Assembly (NCBI GenBank): GCA_031409335.1
Contig: JANNWY010000179.1
Coordinates: 1 to 60,298, forward strand
DNA length: 60,298 nt
Direction of reading: 5' to 3'
Source: Chthoniobacteraceae bacterium
GTDB lineage: Bacteria > Verrucomicrobiota > Verrucomicrobiia > Chthoniobacterales > Chthoniobacteraceae
The notes beneath the pieces were generated by a model, which did no database searches, had not been told where the DNA came from, and was given only the letters and a program-made list of their open reading frames with translations. This document shows positions 39,893 to 49,141 of the stretch, piece by piece. The position numbers and the translations under genes were made by a program. The stretch's first letter is position 1. Every line of letters begins with the position of its first letter.

Positions 39893-40840
39893 ATGAATCA
39901 TTTTCCGCTCCTTTTGGCCGTCGCGTTTCCACTCTCCGTCTTTGCCGCGGATGAAAGCAAAGTTTTCACAGATCCCGATGCCGCCGGGCCGGATTTCGCG
40001 GTGCAGGGCGAATATGAAGGCGAAGAATCCGGCGCGCAGGTGATCGCGCTCGGCGGTGGAAAATTCCACGTCGTCGGCTGGGAAAATGGGCTGCCGGGCG
40101 TGTCGGAGGATGCGACGAAGCGCGTGGAGATCGACGGGAAGCGGGTGGGGACGAAGGTGATCTTCGAAGGCGATGGCTGGAAAGCGACGATCGAGGATGG
40201 CAAACTCACGGGCACGAGCGACGAGGGCGGAGAGTTCGCGCTGAAGCGCGTCGAGCGCACGAGCCCGACGATGGGCGCGAAGCCGCCGGAGGGCGCGGTC
40301 GTGCTTTTCGACGGGACGAATGCGGATGCGTGGGAGGGCGGGAAGATGGATGAGCGCAAGCTGCTTTTCTGCGGAACGAAATCGAAGCAGAGCTTTGGCG
40401 ATGGCACGCTGCACATTGAATTCCGCACGCCGTTCATGCCGGCCGCGCGCGGGCAGGGTCGCGGGAATAGCGGCGTGTATGTGCAGGATCGCTACGAGTG
40501 CCAGGTGCTGGATTCCTTTGGCTTGAAGGGCGAGAACAACGAGGCGGGCGGCATCTACACCGTGTCGCGCCCGACCCTCAACATGTGCTTTCCACCCCTC
40601 GCCTGGCAGACTTACGACATTGATTTCACGAGCGCCAAATTCGACGCGGACGGTAAAAAGACGAAGAACGCCGTGATGACTGTGAAACTCAATGGCGTGA
40701 TCGTGCAGGATAAAGTGGAAGTGCCGCGCACGACGACCGCCGCCGGTCGCGGCGAAGGCGTGGAGCCCGGCCCGATCCAACTGCAACACCACGGCAACCC
40801 GGTTTTTTACCGGAATATCTGGGTGCTGGAGAAAAAGTAG
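39893..40840 (+). CDS. DUF1080 (3-keto-disaccharide hydrolase-like) secreted protein
   Basis: PPEGAVVLFDG, LHIEF, GNSGVY, WQTYDI, GPIQLQHHG. Confidence 0.85.
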   Translation: MNHFPLLLAVAFPLSVFAADESKVFTDPDAAGPDFAVQGEYEGEESGAQVIALGGGKFHVVGWENGLPGVSEDATKRVEIDGKRVGTKVIFEGDGWKATIEDGKLTGTSDEGGEFALKRVERTSPTMGAKPPEGAVVLFDGTNADAWEGGKMDERKLLFCGTKSKQSFGDGTLHIEFRTPFMPAARGQGRGNSGVYVQDRYECQVLDSFGLKGENNEAGGIYTVSRPTLNMCFPPLAWQTYDIDFTSAKFDADGKKTKNAVMTVKLNGVIVQDKVEVPRTTTAAGRGEGVEPGPIQLQHHGNPVFYRNIWVLEKK

Positions 40841-40913
40841 GCGGGGTTTTCAACCTCGCTTGGTCGAGTGGAGCGAGGTGGACCTGCTGCGCGCGGTAAA
40901 AAACCGCGCCTAC
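40837..40913. repeat. GTAG-type REP doublet (REPIN-like)
   Basis: GTAGGCGGGGTTTTCAACCTCGC ... GCGCGGTAAAAAACCGCGCCTAC in inverted orientation. Confidence 0.7.
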
Positions 40914-41056
40914 TTTGCAACACCACGGCAACTCGGTTTTTTATCGAAACATCTGGGGTTTCGGGAACACCGGGCACTTTCATCCTTTGGCGTCTGAAGT
41001 TTGGCACTAAGCGTTTGAAGTTTAGGACGCCGCAGGCACTGCCGCTGCGCGGGGCT

Positions 41057-41101
41057 CAACGTCCAACGTCCAACGTCCAACTTTCAACTTCCAACTTTCA
41101 A
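41057..41101. repeat. Heptamer tandem repeat (CAACGTC/CAACTTT)x~6.4
   Basis: caacgtc caacgtc caacgtc caacttt caacttc caacttt caa. Confidence 0.9.
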
Positions 41102-41209
41102 AGACTGGCTCCCGCGAATCTGCACCACTCTGAATCACACCCTCGCTGCCACCTTACAAAGATTTTCCATCGACGCCGACTCTCCACTTTTACTAATCAT
41201 CCCCACTCC

Positions 41210-43600
41210 ATGAAACACTGCGCCCGCCTCTTCATCCTCGCCGCTTTTTTCACCGCTCCCCAGCTTGCCGCGCTCGCGCAAAAACAGCCTGCCAGCCTGC
41301 CGTGGGACGCGATGGATCTCGGGCCTTTCCACACCGCCACTTTCAAAATCGCGCAGCAGGACAATCAAGTCACCGCCAAGGGAATCGCGATCAAGGTCGG
41401 CACCGCGGACTCGCCGGCGACGATTTTGTTCGATCCCGAATTGCTGCGTGTGAGCGCGGCGTGGACGGGTGGCTTCATCGAAATCCCGCGCGGTCGCGGC
41501 GGCTTGGACAGCACGACGAAGCCCGCGGGTGAGCTGGCTTTTGGGACGGGCTACGCGCCCGGCTGGGTCGTTGGCGCGACGGTCGATGATCCGCGCGATC
41601 GCCATCTGGGACGGTTGCCGGACAATGTCGCCAAGTATCGCGGGCTCTTTCAAAACGGCGCGGAGATCGTACTGAACTATTCGGTGGGAAAAGCGATGGT
41701 GATGGAGTTGCCGGCGACGGATTTCCGCGGCGGCAAGCGCGTCTTCACGCGCACGTTCAACGCGGGCCCATTCGAGCAGGAAAGCACGATGCTGCTGGCC
41801 GACTTGCCGAATGGAAAAGGCAGCGTGGATGCGGACGGCGTGGCCGTGGTGGAAAGCGGCGGGAAGGTGACGGCGGTCGCAGTGATCGGTTTGCCGAAAA
41901 CCGCGAAGCTCGACGTGGCGGCGAATGGTCGCGTGACGCTCAAAGTCCCGGCCATCGCGGATGCGATTTTTCAGATCGCGATCTGGAACGGTCCAAAGGC
42001 GGACCTTCCCAAAAGCGCCGATCTGCTCAAGCCCAGCCGCGAGCTGCCGGACCCGCTCACGCAGGCGCTGCCCGGACCTGCGATCTGGGGCGACGCGCTG
42101 GAAACCAAAGGCAAACTCGGCACCGGCGACGAAGCCTACGTGCTCGATGAAATCACCCTGCCCGACCCGAATCCCTACAACTCATGGCTGCGCCCCGGCG
42201 GGCACGATTTTTTCCCGAACGGCGACGCAGCGGTCGTGAACGTGAGCGGCGATGTGTGGATCGTGAGCGGGCTGGATGAAAAGCTCGAGAGCGTGAAATG
42301 GAAACGTTTCGCGACCGGGCTCTTCCAGCCGCTGGGATGCAAGGTCGTCGATGGACTCGTGCATGTGCTCGGGCGCGATCAGATCACGCGGCTGCGCGAC
42401 GTGGATAAAAACGGAGAGGCGGATCACTACGAGAACTTCAACAACGACTGCATGGTGACGGAAAACTACCACGAATTCGCGCTCGATTTGCAGACCGATG
42501 CCGCGGGCCGTTTCTACTATGCCAAAGGCTCGCCGTGGACGCCGACGAACACGACCCCGCATCAGGGCACGCTCCTCCGCGTGTCGGCGGACGGCTCGAA
42601 GCTGGAGAAAATCTGCGACGGCCTGCGCGCGCCAAACGGACTCGGAATGGGGCCAAAAGATTTCCTGACCTGCAGCGACAATCAAGGCCACTGGATGCCT
42701 GCGAACCGGCTGAACGTCGTCAAACAAGGCGGCTTCTACGGCATGACTCCCGCCGCGCATCGCGTGCTCCATTTCAAAGCGGCGGACGGCACCGAGTTCG
42801 ACGCGAACCCAAGCAGCGCCGAGGATCGCGCGAAGTTTAAGACGGAATTCTGGGGTGATGCGAAAGCGCCAATGCCGATGGCGGGTCACGACTTGCCGCT
42901 GGTCTGGATGCCGCAGGCCGTGGACAATTCGCCCGGTGGCGAAGTGTGGGTGAGCGGTGGAAAATGGGGTCCGTGGGAAGGCCGCATGTTGCACATGAGC
43001 TATGGCCGCTGCCGCCTCTACGGTGTCGCGATGGAGACCGTGGATGGCGTGATGCAGGGCGCGGTGATCAAGTTCCCGTTCAAGTTTGCGAGCGGCATCA
43101 TGCGTGCGCGATTCAGCCCGAAGGACGGACAGTTTTACGGAACGGGCCTCAACGTGTGGCAGAGCGACGCGTCGAAATTTGGCTGCTTCACTCGTATTCG
43201 CTACACGGGCAAACCCGTGGCGATGGTGCGCGATTTGCACGCGCTGAAGGAAGGCGTGCAGCTCAAATTCACCGCGCCCCTCGATGAAAAAAGCGCGACC
43301 GATCCGCAGAACTTCAGCGTCGAGCGCTGGAACTACAAATGGACCGGCGCGTATGGCTCCCCGAATGTCTCCGTCGCCGATCCCACCAAACAAGGCGGCA
43401 ACCTCGCCGACCTCATGGTCATCGACAAAATCACCCTCTCGCCTGACAAGCAGACGCTCACCCTCGCCCTCCCCGAGATGGGTCCCGTGATGCAGATGAA
43501 AATCCGCTTCAAAATCCAGTCCGCCGACGGCAAGCCAGTCGATCAGGAAATCCACAACACGATCCACCGCATTCCCGGGGCGAAGATCGGCGCGTTGTAA
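41210..43600 (+). CDS. Secreted DUF6797-like + beta-propeller (sorbosone dehydrogenase-like) protein
   Basis: WDAMDLGPF, FDPELLR, GLFQPLG, GLRAPNG, SDNQGHW; no CxxCH. Confidence 0.7.
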   Translation: MKHCARLFILAAFFTAPQLAALAQKQPASLPWDAMDLGPFHTATFKIAQQDNQVTAKGIAIKVGTADSPATILFDPELLRVSAAWTGGFIEIPRGRGGLDSTTKPAGELAFGTGYAPGWVVGATVDDPRDRHLGRLPDNVAKYRGLFQNGAEIVLNYSVGKAMVMELPATDFRGGKRVFTRTFNAGPFEQESTMLLADLPNGKGSVDADGVAVVESGGKVTAVAVIGLPKTAKLDVAANGRVTLKVPAIADAIFQIAIWNGPKADLPKSADLLKPSRELPDPLTQALPGPAIWGDALETKGKLGTGDEAYVLDEITLPDPNPYNSWLRPGGHDFFPNGDAAVVNVSGDVWIVSGLDEKLESVKWKRFATGLFQPLGCKVVDGLVHVLGRDQITRLRDVDKNGEADHYENFNNDCMVTENYHEFALDLQTDAAGRFYYAKGSPWTPTNTTPHQGTLLRVSADGSKLEKICDGLRAPNGLGMGPKDFLTCSDNQGHWMPANRLNVVKQGGFYGMTPAAHRVLHFKAADGTEFDANPSSAEDRAKFKTEFWGDAKAPMPMAGHDLPLVWMPQAVDNSPGGEVWVSGGKWGPWEGRMLHMSYGRCRLYGVAMETVDGVMQGAVIKFPFKFASGIMRARFSPKDGQFYGTGLNVWQSDASKFGCFTRIRYTGKPVAMVRDLHALKEGVQLKFTAPLDEKSATDPQNFSVERWNYKWTGAYGSPNVSVADPTKQGGNLADLMVIDKITLSPDKQTLTLALPEMGPVMQMKIRFKIQSADGKPVDQEIHNTIHRIPGAKIGAL

Positions 43601-43739
43601 AAAGCGGGGCAGCTTCCCTCTCGTCCTCCTACTCCTTCTCGATGGCCAATCTCGCGTTGCACCTCACAGGAGACGCGCGTAGCGCTATTCTCCTTGGAAT
43701 TTGGCCCTTGGCCGCTGGGATTTCCCGCCATCCGGCGGG

Positions 43740-44003
43740 CTACATCTCCTTCTCGATCCGCTCGCTGAGCCACTGCTTGATCATGCTCTGGTAATTCAGA
43801 TATCGCGACCGGGCGATGCGTTTGATGCGGGCGAGCATGCGCGGGTCGAAGCGCAGCGTGATCGTCGTCGATTCGCGGTTGTCCGCTTTCAGGATCGACG
43901 CGCTCATCAGCCGCGAATCGAGGCGCGCGTCTGCCCAAAATTCGGCTTCGTCTTCCTCGGACTCGAAATGCGGCAGTTCCTTCCAGGCGGTGATCACTTT
44001 CAT
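43740..44003 (-). CDS. BrnA/CopG-like antitoxin
   Basis: LPHFESEEDEAEFW, ITLRF, LNYQSMIKQWL. Confidence 0.8.
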   Translation of the reverse strand: MKVITAWKELPHFESEEDEAEFWADARLDSRLMSASILKADNRESTTITLRFDPRMLARIKRIARSRYLNYQSMIKQWLSERIEKEM

Positions 44004-44013
44004 ATTCGACTTC

Positions 44014-44289
44014 TCAGTTCACGGAATTCTTCCGATCATAAAACGCGGCTTCCTCGGTCGTCACATCGCGCGAAAAGATCGCCCGGTAGCGTTTCCCATC
44101 CGTCCAGAAAACCGTAAAAATGCCGCGCTCATTCACGCTCTTGCCGAGATTGAAATAGCGCGCCTTCTCCTCGTCCTCCGCGCCGTCGGGCATCAGCCGG
44201 ATCGAGAATGGATCCTCGAAGGATTCCTCGATTTCCTTTGGCGTTACTTTTTGCAGGTCAAACGGCGCGTCGAGCCAGTCAAAGTCCAT
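44014..44289 (-). CDS. BrnT-like toxin
   Basis: MDFDW, EESFEDP, ARYFNLG, R.IFSR....E...Y; toxin-first order. Confidence 0.75.
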   Translation of the reverse strand: MDFDWLDAPFDLQKVTPKEIEESFEDPFSIRLMPDGAEDEEKARYFNLGKSVNERGIFTVFWTDGKRYRAIFSRDVTTEEAAFYDRKNSVN

Positions 44290-44319
44290 TGCGGATTGCG
44301 GATTGCGGATTGCGGATTG
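44288..44319. repeat. Heptamer tandem repeat (ATTGCGG)x~4.6 abutting the brnT start codon
   Basis: attgcgg x4 + attg. Confidence 0.9.
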
Positions 44320-44328
44320 GGCGGCGGT

Positions 44329-44709
44329 TCATTTCGAGCGTTGGATAAGTTCGATCTCGTATCCTTCCGGCGCATCGACAAACGCGATCACACTTCCCGT
44401 GCTCGTCGGCGTCGGTCCATCGGAAAGCGGATAACCTTGCGCCGCCGCGTGTTTTGCAAAGGCATCCATGTCCTCCACTTCAAACGCCAGATGCGTGATG
44501 TCCGCGCCCACGTTCACTGGCCCGCTCGCATCGTATTTGCAAATCTCGATCTCCTCCTCGCTGCCGGGCGCTTTGAAAAAAACCAGTTCCGAGCCACGCG
44601 GCGATTTGTGGCGGCGGATTTCTTCGAGACCGAGCACGTCTTTGTAGAAAGACGCGCTCTTCTCCAAATCGGAGACGCGGTAACGGGTGTGCAGCAGCTT
44701 TTTTACCAT
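44329..44709 (-). CDS. gloA: Glyoxalase I / VOC-family protein (lactoylglutathione lyase-like)
   Basis: LLHTRYRVSDLEKS..FY, HLAFEV, FVDAPEGYEIELI. Confidence 0.75.
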   Translation of the reverse strand: MVKKLLHTRYRVSDLEKSASFYKDVLGLEEIRRHKSPRGSELVFFKAPGSEEEIEICKYDASGPVNVGADITHLAFEVEDMDAFAKHAAAQGYPLSDGPTPTSTGSVIAFVDAPEGYEIELIQRSK

Positions 44710-44786
44710 CGGGAATTTAGGTTTTCAGTTTGCGGATTGGAGCTTTAACGTCCCGCCCCTCATCTGGCTACCGCTTTCCATGCACT

Positions 44787-44817
44787 ATCCGCAATCCGCA
44801 ATCCTCAATCCGCAATT
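44787..44817. repeat. Heptamer tandem repeat (ATCCGCA)x~4 just upstream of xylB
   Basis: atccgca atccgca atcctca atccgca att. Confidence 0.9.
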
Positions 44818-44820
44818 CCC

Positions 44821-46320
44821 ATGATCGCCCTCGGCATCGACAGCGGCACGCAAAGCACAAAAACCATCGCCCTCGACATCGCGACCGGCGAACTGCTCGC
44901 CTCCGCAGCGCAGAGCTACGGCCTCATCGCGGGCCTGCCGCCCGGCCATTTGGAGCAGGATCCGCAGGAGTGGATCGACGCGGTGAACAAGACCGTCGCC
45001 GAGGTGATCGCCGCGCTCGGAAAAAGGAAGGATGACGTAAAGGCAATCGGCGTCAGCGGGCAGCAGCACGGCTTTGTGCCGCTGGATAAAAAGGGCAAGG
45101 TCATCCGCCCGGCGAAGCTCTGGTGCGACACCTCGACCGCGGCGCAGTGCCAGCAATTTGAGGATGAATTTGGCGGAGCCGCCGAACTCATCAAGCTTGC
45201 CGGAAACACGATCCTGCCTGGCTACACCGCGCCGAAAATCTTGTGGCTGAAACAGAATGAGCCGAAAAATTACAATGCGCTCGAAACGATCCTGCTGCCG
45301 CACGACTACATCAATTTCCACCTCACCGGTGAGCGCGGCATGGAGTACGGCGACGCCTCCGGCACCGGCCTCATGGACGTGCGCACGAAGACCTGGTGCG
45401 AGCCGCTGATCGACTTCATCGACCCCGAACTCGCCGGCGCGCTGCCGCCGCTCTCGAGTTCGCGCCGCGCCTTTGGCCTGCTCCGCGAAAACCTCCGCGC
45501 CGAGTGGGGCCTCTCGAACGAAGTCGTCGTCAGCGCCGGCGGTGGCGACAACATGATGGGCGCGATCGGCACCGGGAATGTGCAGGTCGGCGTGGTCACC
45601 GTCAGCCTCGGCACGTCCGGCACCGTGTACGCCTTTGCCGACAAACCGGTGATCGACCCGGAAGGCGAAATCGCCGCCTTTTGCGACAGCACCGATCGCT
45701 GGCTCCCGCTCGCCTGCACGATGAATGTGACCGTCGCCACCGAGCAGGTGCGCAAGATGTACGGCTGGACGCACACCGCGCTCGAAAAGAACATCGCGAG
45801 CGTGCCCGCCGGAGCTGGTGGCCTGCTTTTTCTCCCGTACCTGAATGGCGAGCGCACCCCAAATCTCCCGCTCGGCACTGGCGCATTGCACGGCCTCACC
45901 TGCGAAAACATGACCGCGCCGCACATCGCCCGCTCCGTCATGGAAGGCGCGACACTCGGCCTCGCCTACGGCCTCGCGCGCTTCCGCGAACTCGGCATCG
46001 CGCCGACGGAAATCCGCCTCACCGGCGGTGGCAGCAAGAGCGCCGTGTGGCGGCAGATGTGCGCGGACATTTTCGGCGTCCCCACCGTTTGCCTCAAATC
46101 CGCGGAAGGAGCCGCGCTCGGTGCGGCAATTCAAGGCGGCTTCGCGCAACAGATCGCCACCGGCCAGTCCGTCACCCTGCGGGAAACCTGCACACGCCTC
46201 GTCGTGCTCGATGAAGCGACCCGCGCCGAACCCACCGCGGCCCACGCGGAGACTTACACGGAAGCGCTCTCGCGCCAGGGCGACCTCACGCGGCGACTGC
46301 ACGCGGCGGGTTATTTGTAA
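44821..46320 (+). CDS. xylB: Xylulokinase
   Basis: GIDSGTQSTK, SGQQHG, LWCD, GGGDNMMGAIG, SLGTSG, GERTP, TGGGSKS. Confidence 0.92.
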   Translation: MIALGIDSGTQSTKTIALDIATGELLASAAQSYGLIAGLPPGHLEQDPQEWIDAVNKTVAEVIAALGKRKDDVKAIGVSGQQHGFVPLDKKGKVIRPAKLWCDTSTAAQCQQFEDEFGGAAELIKLAGNTILPGYTAPKILWLKQNEPKNYNALETILLPHDYINFHLTGERGMEYGDASGTGLMDVRTKTWCEPLIDFIDPELAGALPPLSSSRRAFGLLRENLRAEWGLSNEVVVSAGGGDNMMGAIGTGNVQVGVVTVSLGTSGTVYAFADKPVIDPEGEIAAFCDSTDRWLPLACTMNVTVATEQVRKMYGWTHTALEKNIASVPAGAGGLLFLPYLNGERTPNLPLGTGALHGLTCENMTAPHIARSVMEGATLGLAYGLARFRELGIAPTEIRLTGGGSKSAVWRQMCADIFGVPTVCLKSAEGAALGAAIQGGFAQQIATGQSVTLRETCTRLVVLDEATRAEPTAAHAETYTEALSRQGDLTRRLHAAGYL

Positions 46321-46403
46321 AAACGAGTCATCGCCGTTTCCACGAGAGAAACCTTTGAATTGCGATGGTCCTTCCGCCGTCAGTCAAACCAATCAGCACA
46401 CCC

Positions 46404-48062
46404 ATGAACTCACATCACTCCTCCCTCGAACGTCTGGAAGCTCGCATCGCCCCGGCTGGATTCCTCATTGTTCGCACTAGCTCGACGATCTATGGGCACG
46501 CTTCCGCAGCGGTAGCCGCGTCCTCGCTTTTCACGTTTTCCCCCGACAGCAAGTCTGCGACCTACACCGATGGCGATGGCGACTTGATCTCGTTGACGGT
46601 CAGCAAAGGCCGGTTGCGGATTGAAAACTTCGATTTTACGCCGATCGCCGGGACCAGCCGGGTCGATGTTCATTTGCTCGATCTCACCGCTTTGGGATTG
46701 GGTGCAAAGTTTCAGGGAGCCAGTATCGACTTCCGGGTCGTGAATCCGGCGGGAGACAGTTTTGGCGATTTGCGTGGCATCAAAGCCAACGGCATCGACC
46801 TCGGTCGCGTCATCATTCGGGACGGCGATCTCGGCCAGATCGATGCCGGCGACGCGAATCTCGCGACACCGGCCATCGCACTCATCCAGGCAAATCAGAT
46901 GGGCTTTTACGGAATCGCGGGGCAGCCCGCGGGACAGGACACCATCAGCAGAATCCGCGGCTCGGTGGGCGCGATCGACGTCTTGCTCTATCGGGATGCG
47001 TTTATCGACGTTCGCGGCGGCGGAATCGGCGCGATTACACTCAACGACATTTCCGACCTCGATTCCCAAATCAACAATGGCTCCATCCGCGCGACGGGCG
47101 CGATCGGCACGGTCCTCATCCGCGGGAACATCGAAGGAGCAGCGGGCGACTACTCGGGCGTCATCTGGAGCCGCACACGAATTGGCTCCATCACCGTTTT
47201 TGGCGACATCAAAGGCGGCGGCGGCTTCGACAGCGGCGCGATCTTTGCCGGCAGCCCCGACAGCGCCACTGCACCCTTTGCGGGCACGATTGGCCCCGTG
47301 ATTGTTTACGGCTCGATCCTCGGCGGGGCCGGGGAACACTCCGGCACTCTCTCAGCCGAGTCCGGCGTCCGCAATGTGACGATCGCAGGAGACATCACTG
47401 GCGGTCCCGGCGCTGGCAGCGGCTCGCTCGTCTCCGGCCTTGGCTTCGCCAACATCAGCATCCGCGGCAACCTCACCAGCGGTACCGCGGCGGAATCCGG
47501 CAGCATCATCGCGCTCGCGGGCGACGCACCGAACATCGTCATCGGCGGAAAAATCATCGCCGGAAACTCGGCCGGCTCGGGCATCCTCATCGACGGAGCG
47601 ATCGGCACGCTCAACTTCCAAAGCGCCCCGGATGCCAATGGCAACTCCACGGAAATCCGCGCACTGCGAGGCATCGGTGCCATCAATGTCTTTGGCGATA
47701 TGTTTGACGTTTTCGTCAGTGCAGGCAGCACCGGTGCCGGCGTTCCCCGCAATGCCAACGCCAGCATCGGCTCCGTCCTCATCGGTGGAAACTTCATCGG
47801 TGGCGGACTGATCGCCGGTGGTGCTGCCGGTCTGGACGCGATCCTCTTCACCGCCGACGACATCCTCTACCGCCCCGATCCCGCCCCCGCCATCCTCTCA
47901 CGAATCGGCACCGTCCTCGTCGGCGGAACGCTGGACGCATTCGCGATCGAGGCCGAGCAACTCGGCATCATCATCGTCGGCACCTCCCCCGTCCCGCTCC
48001 AGCCAGGAGCGCGCAACGACAACTTTCTGCAAGGCACCACGGTGATCAAAGAGATCGCCTAA
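46404..48062 (+). CDS. Extracellular LEPR-XLL-motif protein with Gly-rich beta-helix-like repeats
   Basis: LERLEARIAPA N-terminal motif, YTDGDGD, repeated IG.V.I.G.I.GG.G..SG.I units. Confidence 0.7.
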   Translation: MNSHHSSLERLEARIAPAGFLIVRTSSTIYGHASAAVAASSLFTFSPDSKSATYTDGDGDLISLTVSKGRLRIENFDFTPIAGTSRVDVHLLDLTALGLGAKFQGASIDFRVVNPAGDSFGDLRGIKANGIDLGRVIIRDGDLGQIDAGDANLATPAIALIQANQMGFYGIAGQPAGQDTISRIRGSVGAIDVLLYRDAFIDVRGGGIGAITLNDISDLDSQINNGSIRATGAIGTVLIRGNIEGAAGDYSGVIWSRTRIGSITVFGDIKGGGGFDSGAIFAGSPDSATAPFAGTIGPVIVYGSILGGAGEHSGTLSAESGVRNVTIAGDITGGPGAGSGSLVSGLGFANISIRGNLTSGTAAESGSIIALAGDAPNIVIGGKIIAGNSAGSGILIDGAIGTLNFQSAPDANGNSTEIRALRGIGAINVFGDMFDVFVSAGSTGAGVPRNANASIGSVLIGGNFIGGGLIAGGAAGLDAILFTADDILYRPDPAPAILSRIGTVLVGGTLDAFAIEAEQLGIIIVGTSPVPLQPGARNDNFLQGTTVIKEIA

Positions 48063-48121
48063 AATTGCCCCGCGCCATTCCTTCGGCCACGACGCACCCA
48101 TTGCGGAAGCGGGCCGGCACG

Positions 48122-48216
48122 CTCGGCATCGCGCCCACCGAAATTCGCCCCACGGCGGCGGCAGAACTGCGCGGACATTTTCGGCGTCGCCACCGTCTGC
48201 CTGATATCCGCCGAAG
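48122..48216 (+). pseudogene. Degenerate duplicate of the xylB 3' segment (45991-46108)
   Basis: CTCGGCATCGCGCC.AC.GAAAT.CGCC and TGCGCGGACATTTTCGGCGTC.CCACCGT.TGCCT match xylB. Confidence 0.8.
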
Positions 48217-48223
48217 TTTCCCC

Positions 48224-48250
48224 TAAAGCCGCCGCGGATTCCGTCGAATC
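48224..48250 (+). promoter_or_regulatory. Sigma28 (FliA)-like promoter of motA
   Basis: TAAA-N15-GTCGAATC versus consensus TAAA-N15-GCCGATAA. Confidence 0.5.
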
Positions 48251-48274
48251 CCTCAGCAACACGGTTTTACAAAT

Positions 48275-49138
48275 ATGCTTCTCATCATCGGATACATCAT
48301 CGTCATCGGCGCGACCCTCGGAGGGTTCATGATGGCAGGCGGAAGCCCGGTCGTGCTGCTCCACGTCTCGGAATTTGTGAGCATCGGCGGCATCGCCCTC
48401 GGCGTCGTCGTCGTCTCCACGCCGGCTGCGACGCTCGTGCTGCTCATGAAGCAGATCATGGGTGCGCTGAAAGGCACGGCCACGAAAAAGAGCGACTACA
48501 CGGACCTCCTGAAGATGCTCTACGAGATGTTCGTCATGGCCCGGCGGAATGGATTGATCGCGCTGGAGGATCATCTCATGGAACCGGCGAAGAGCACCAT
48601 TTTCTCGAAATATCCGTCGTTCCTCGGCGACCACGGGCGCTCGGAATTCCTGTGCAGCGGGCTGAAGCCGCTCATCGACGGACGCATCAAGCCCGAGCAA
48701 ATCGAAGGGCTGCTGGAGAGTGAAGTGGACGCGAAGGACGAGATCGCGAACGGCCCCATCCATGTGATGCAGCTCATCGGCGATTCGCTCCCCGGCATCG
48801 GCATCATCGCGGCGGTGCTCGGCATCATCAACACCATGGGTGCCATCGCGGATGGCCCCGAGGCCGTCGGTCAAAAGGTGGCCGCAGCGCTCACGGGAAC
48901 GTTCCTGGGCATCCTCGGTGCTTACGGATTCGTCAATCCACTCGCCGCGCGCATCAAACACAACAACACCATCGAACTCCAATACTACAGCGGCATCCTG
49001 AAAGGCGTGAGCAGCTTTGCCAACGGCATGGCTCCGCTGATGGCGGTCGAAATCGCGCGCCGTGCCCTGGATCACTGCGTGCAGCCAAGCGCGGACGAGC
49101 TGGAGAAGATGGTGAAGACACTCGGAAAGGGCGCGTAA
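48275..49138 (+). CDS. motA: Flagellar motor stator protein MotA
   Basis: ARRNGLIALE (R90/E98 equivalents), LPGIGIIAAVLG, AAALTGTFLG, GFVNPLA. Confidence 0.92.
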   Translation: MLLIIGYIIVIGATLGGFMMAGGSPVVLLHVSEFVSIGGIALGVVVVSTPAATLVLLMKQIMGALKGTATKKSDYTDLLKMLYEMFVMARRNGLIALEDHLMEPAKSTIFSKYPSFLGDHGRSEFLCSGLKPLIDGRIKPEQIEGLLESEVDAKDEIANGPIHVMQLIGDSLPGIGIIAAVLGIINTMGAIADGPEAVGQKVAAALTGTFLGILGAYGFVNPLAARIKHNNTIELQYYSGILKGVSSFANGMAPLMAVEIARRALDHCVQPSADELEKMVKTLGKGA

Positions 49139-49141
49139 GAG

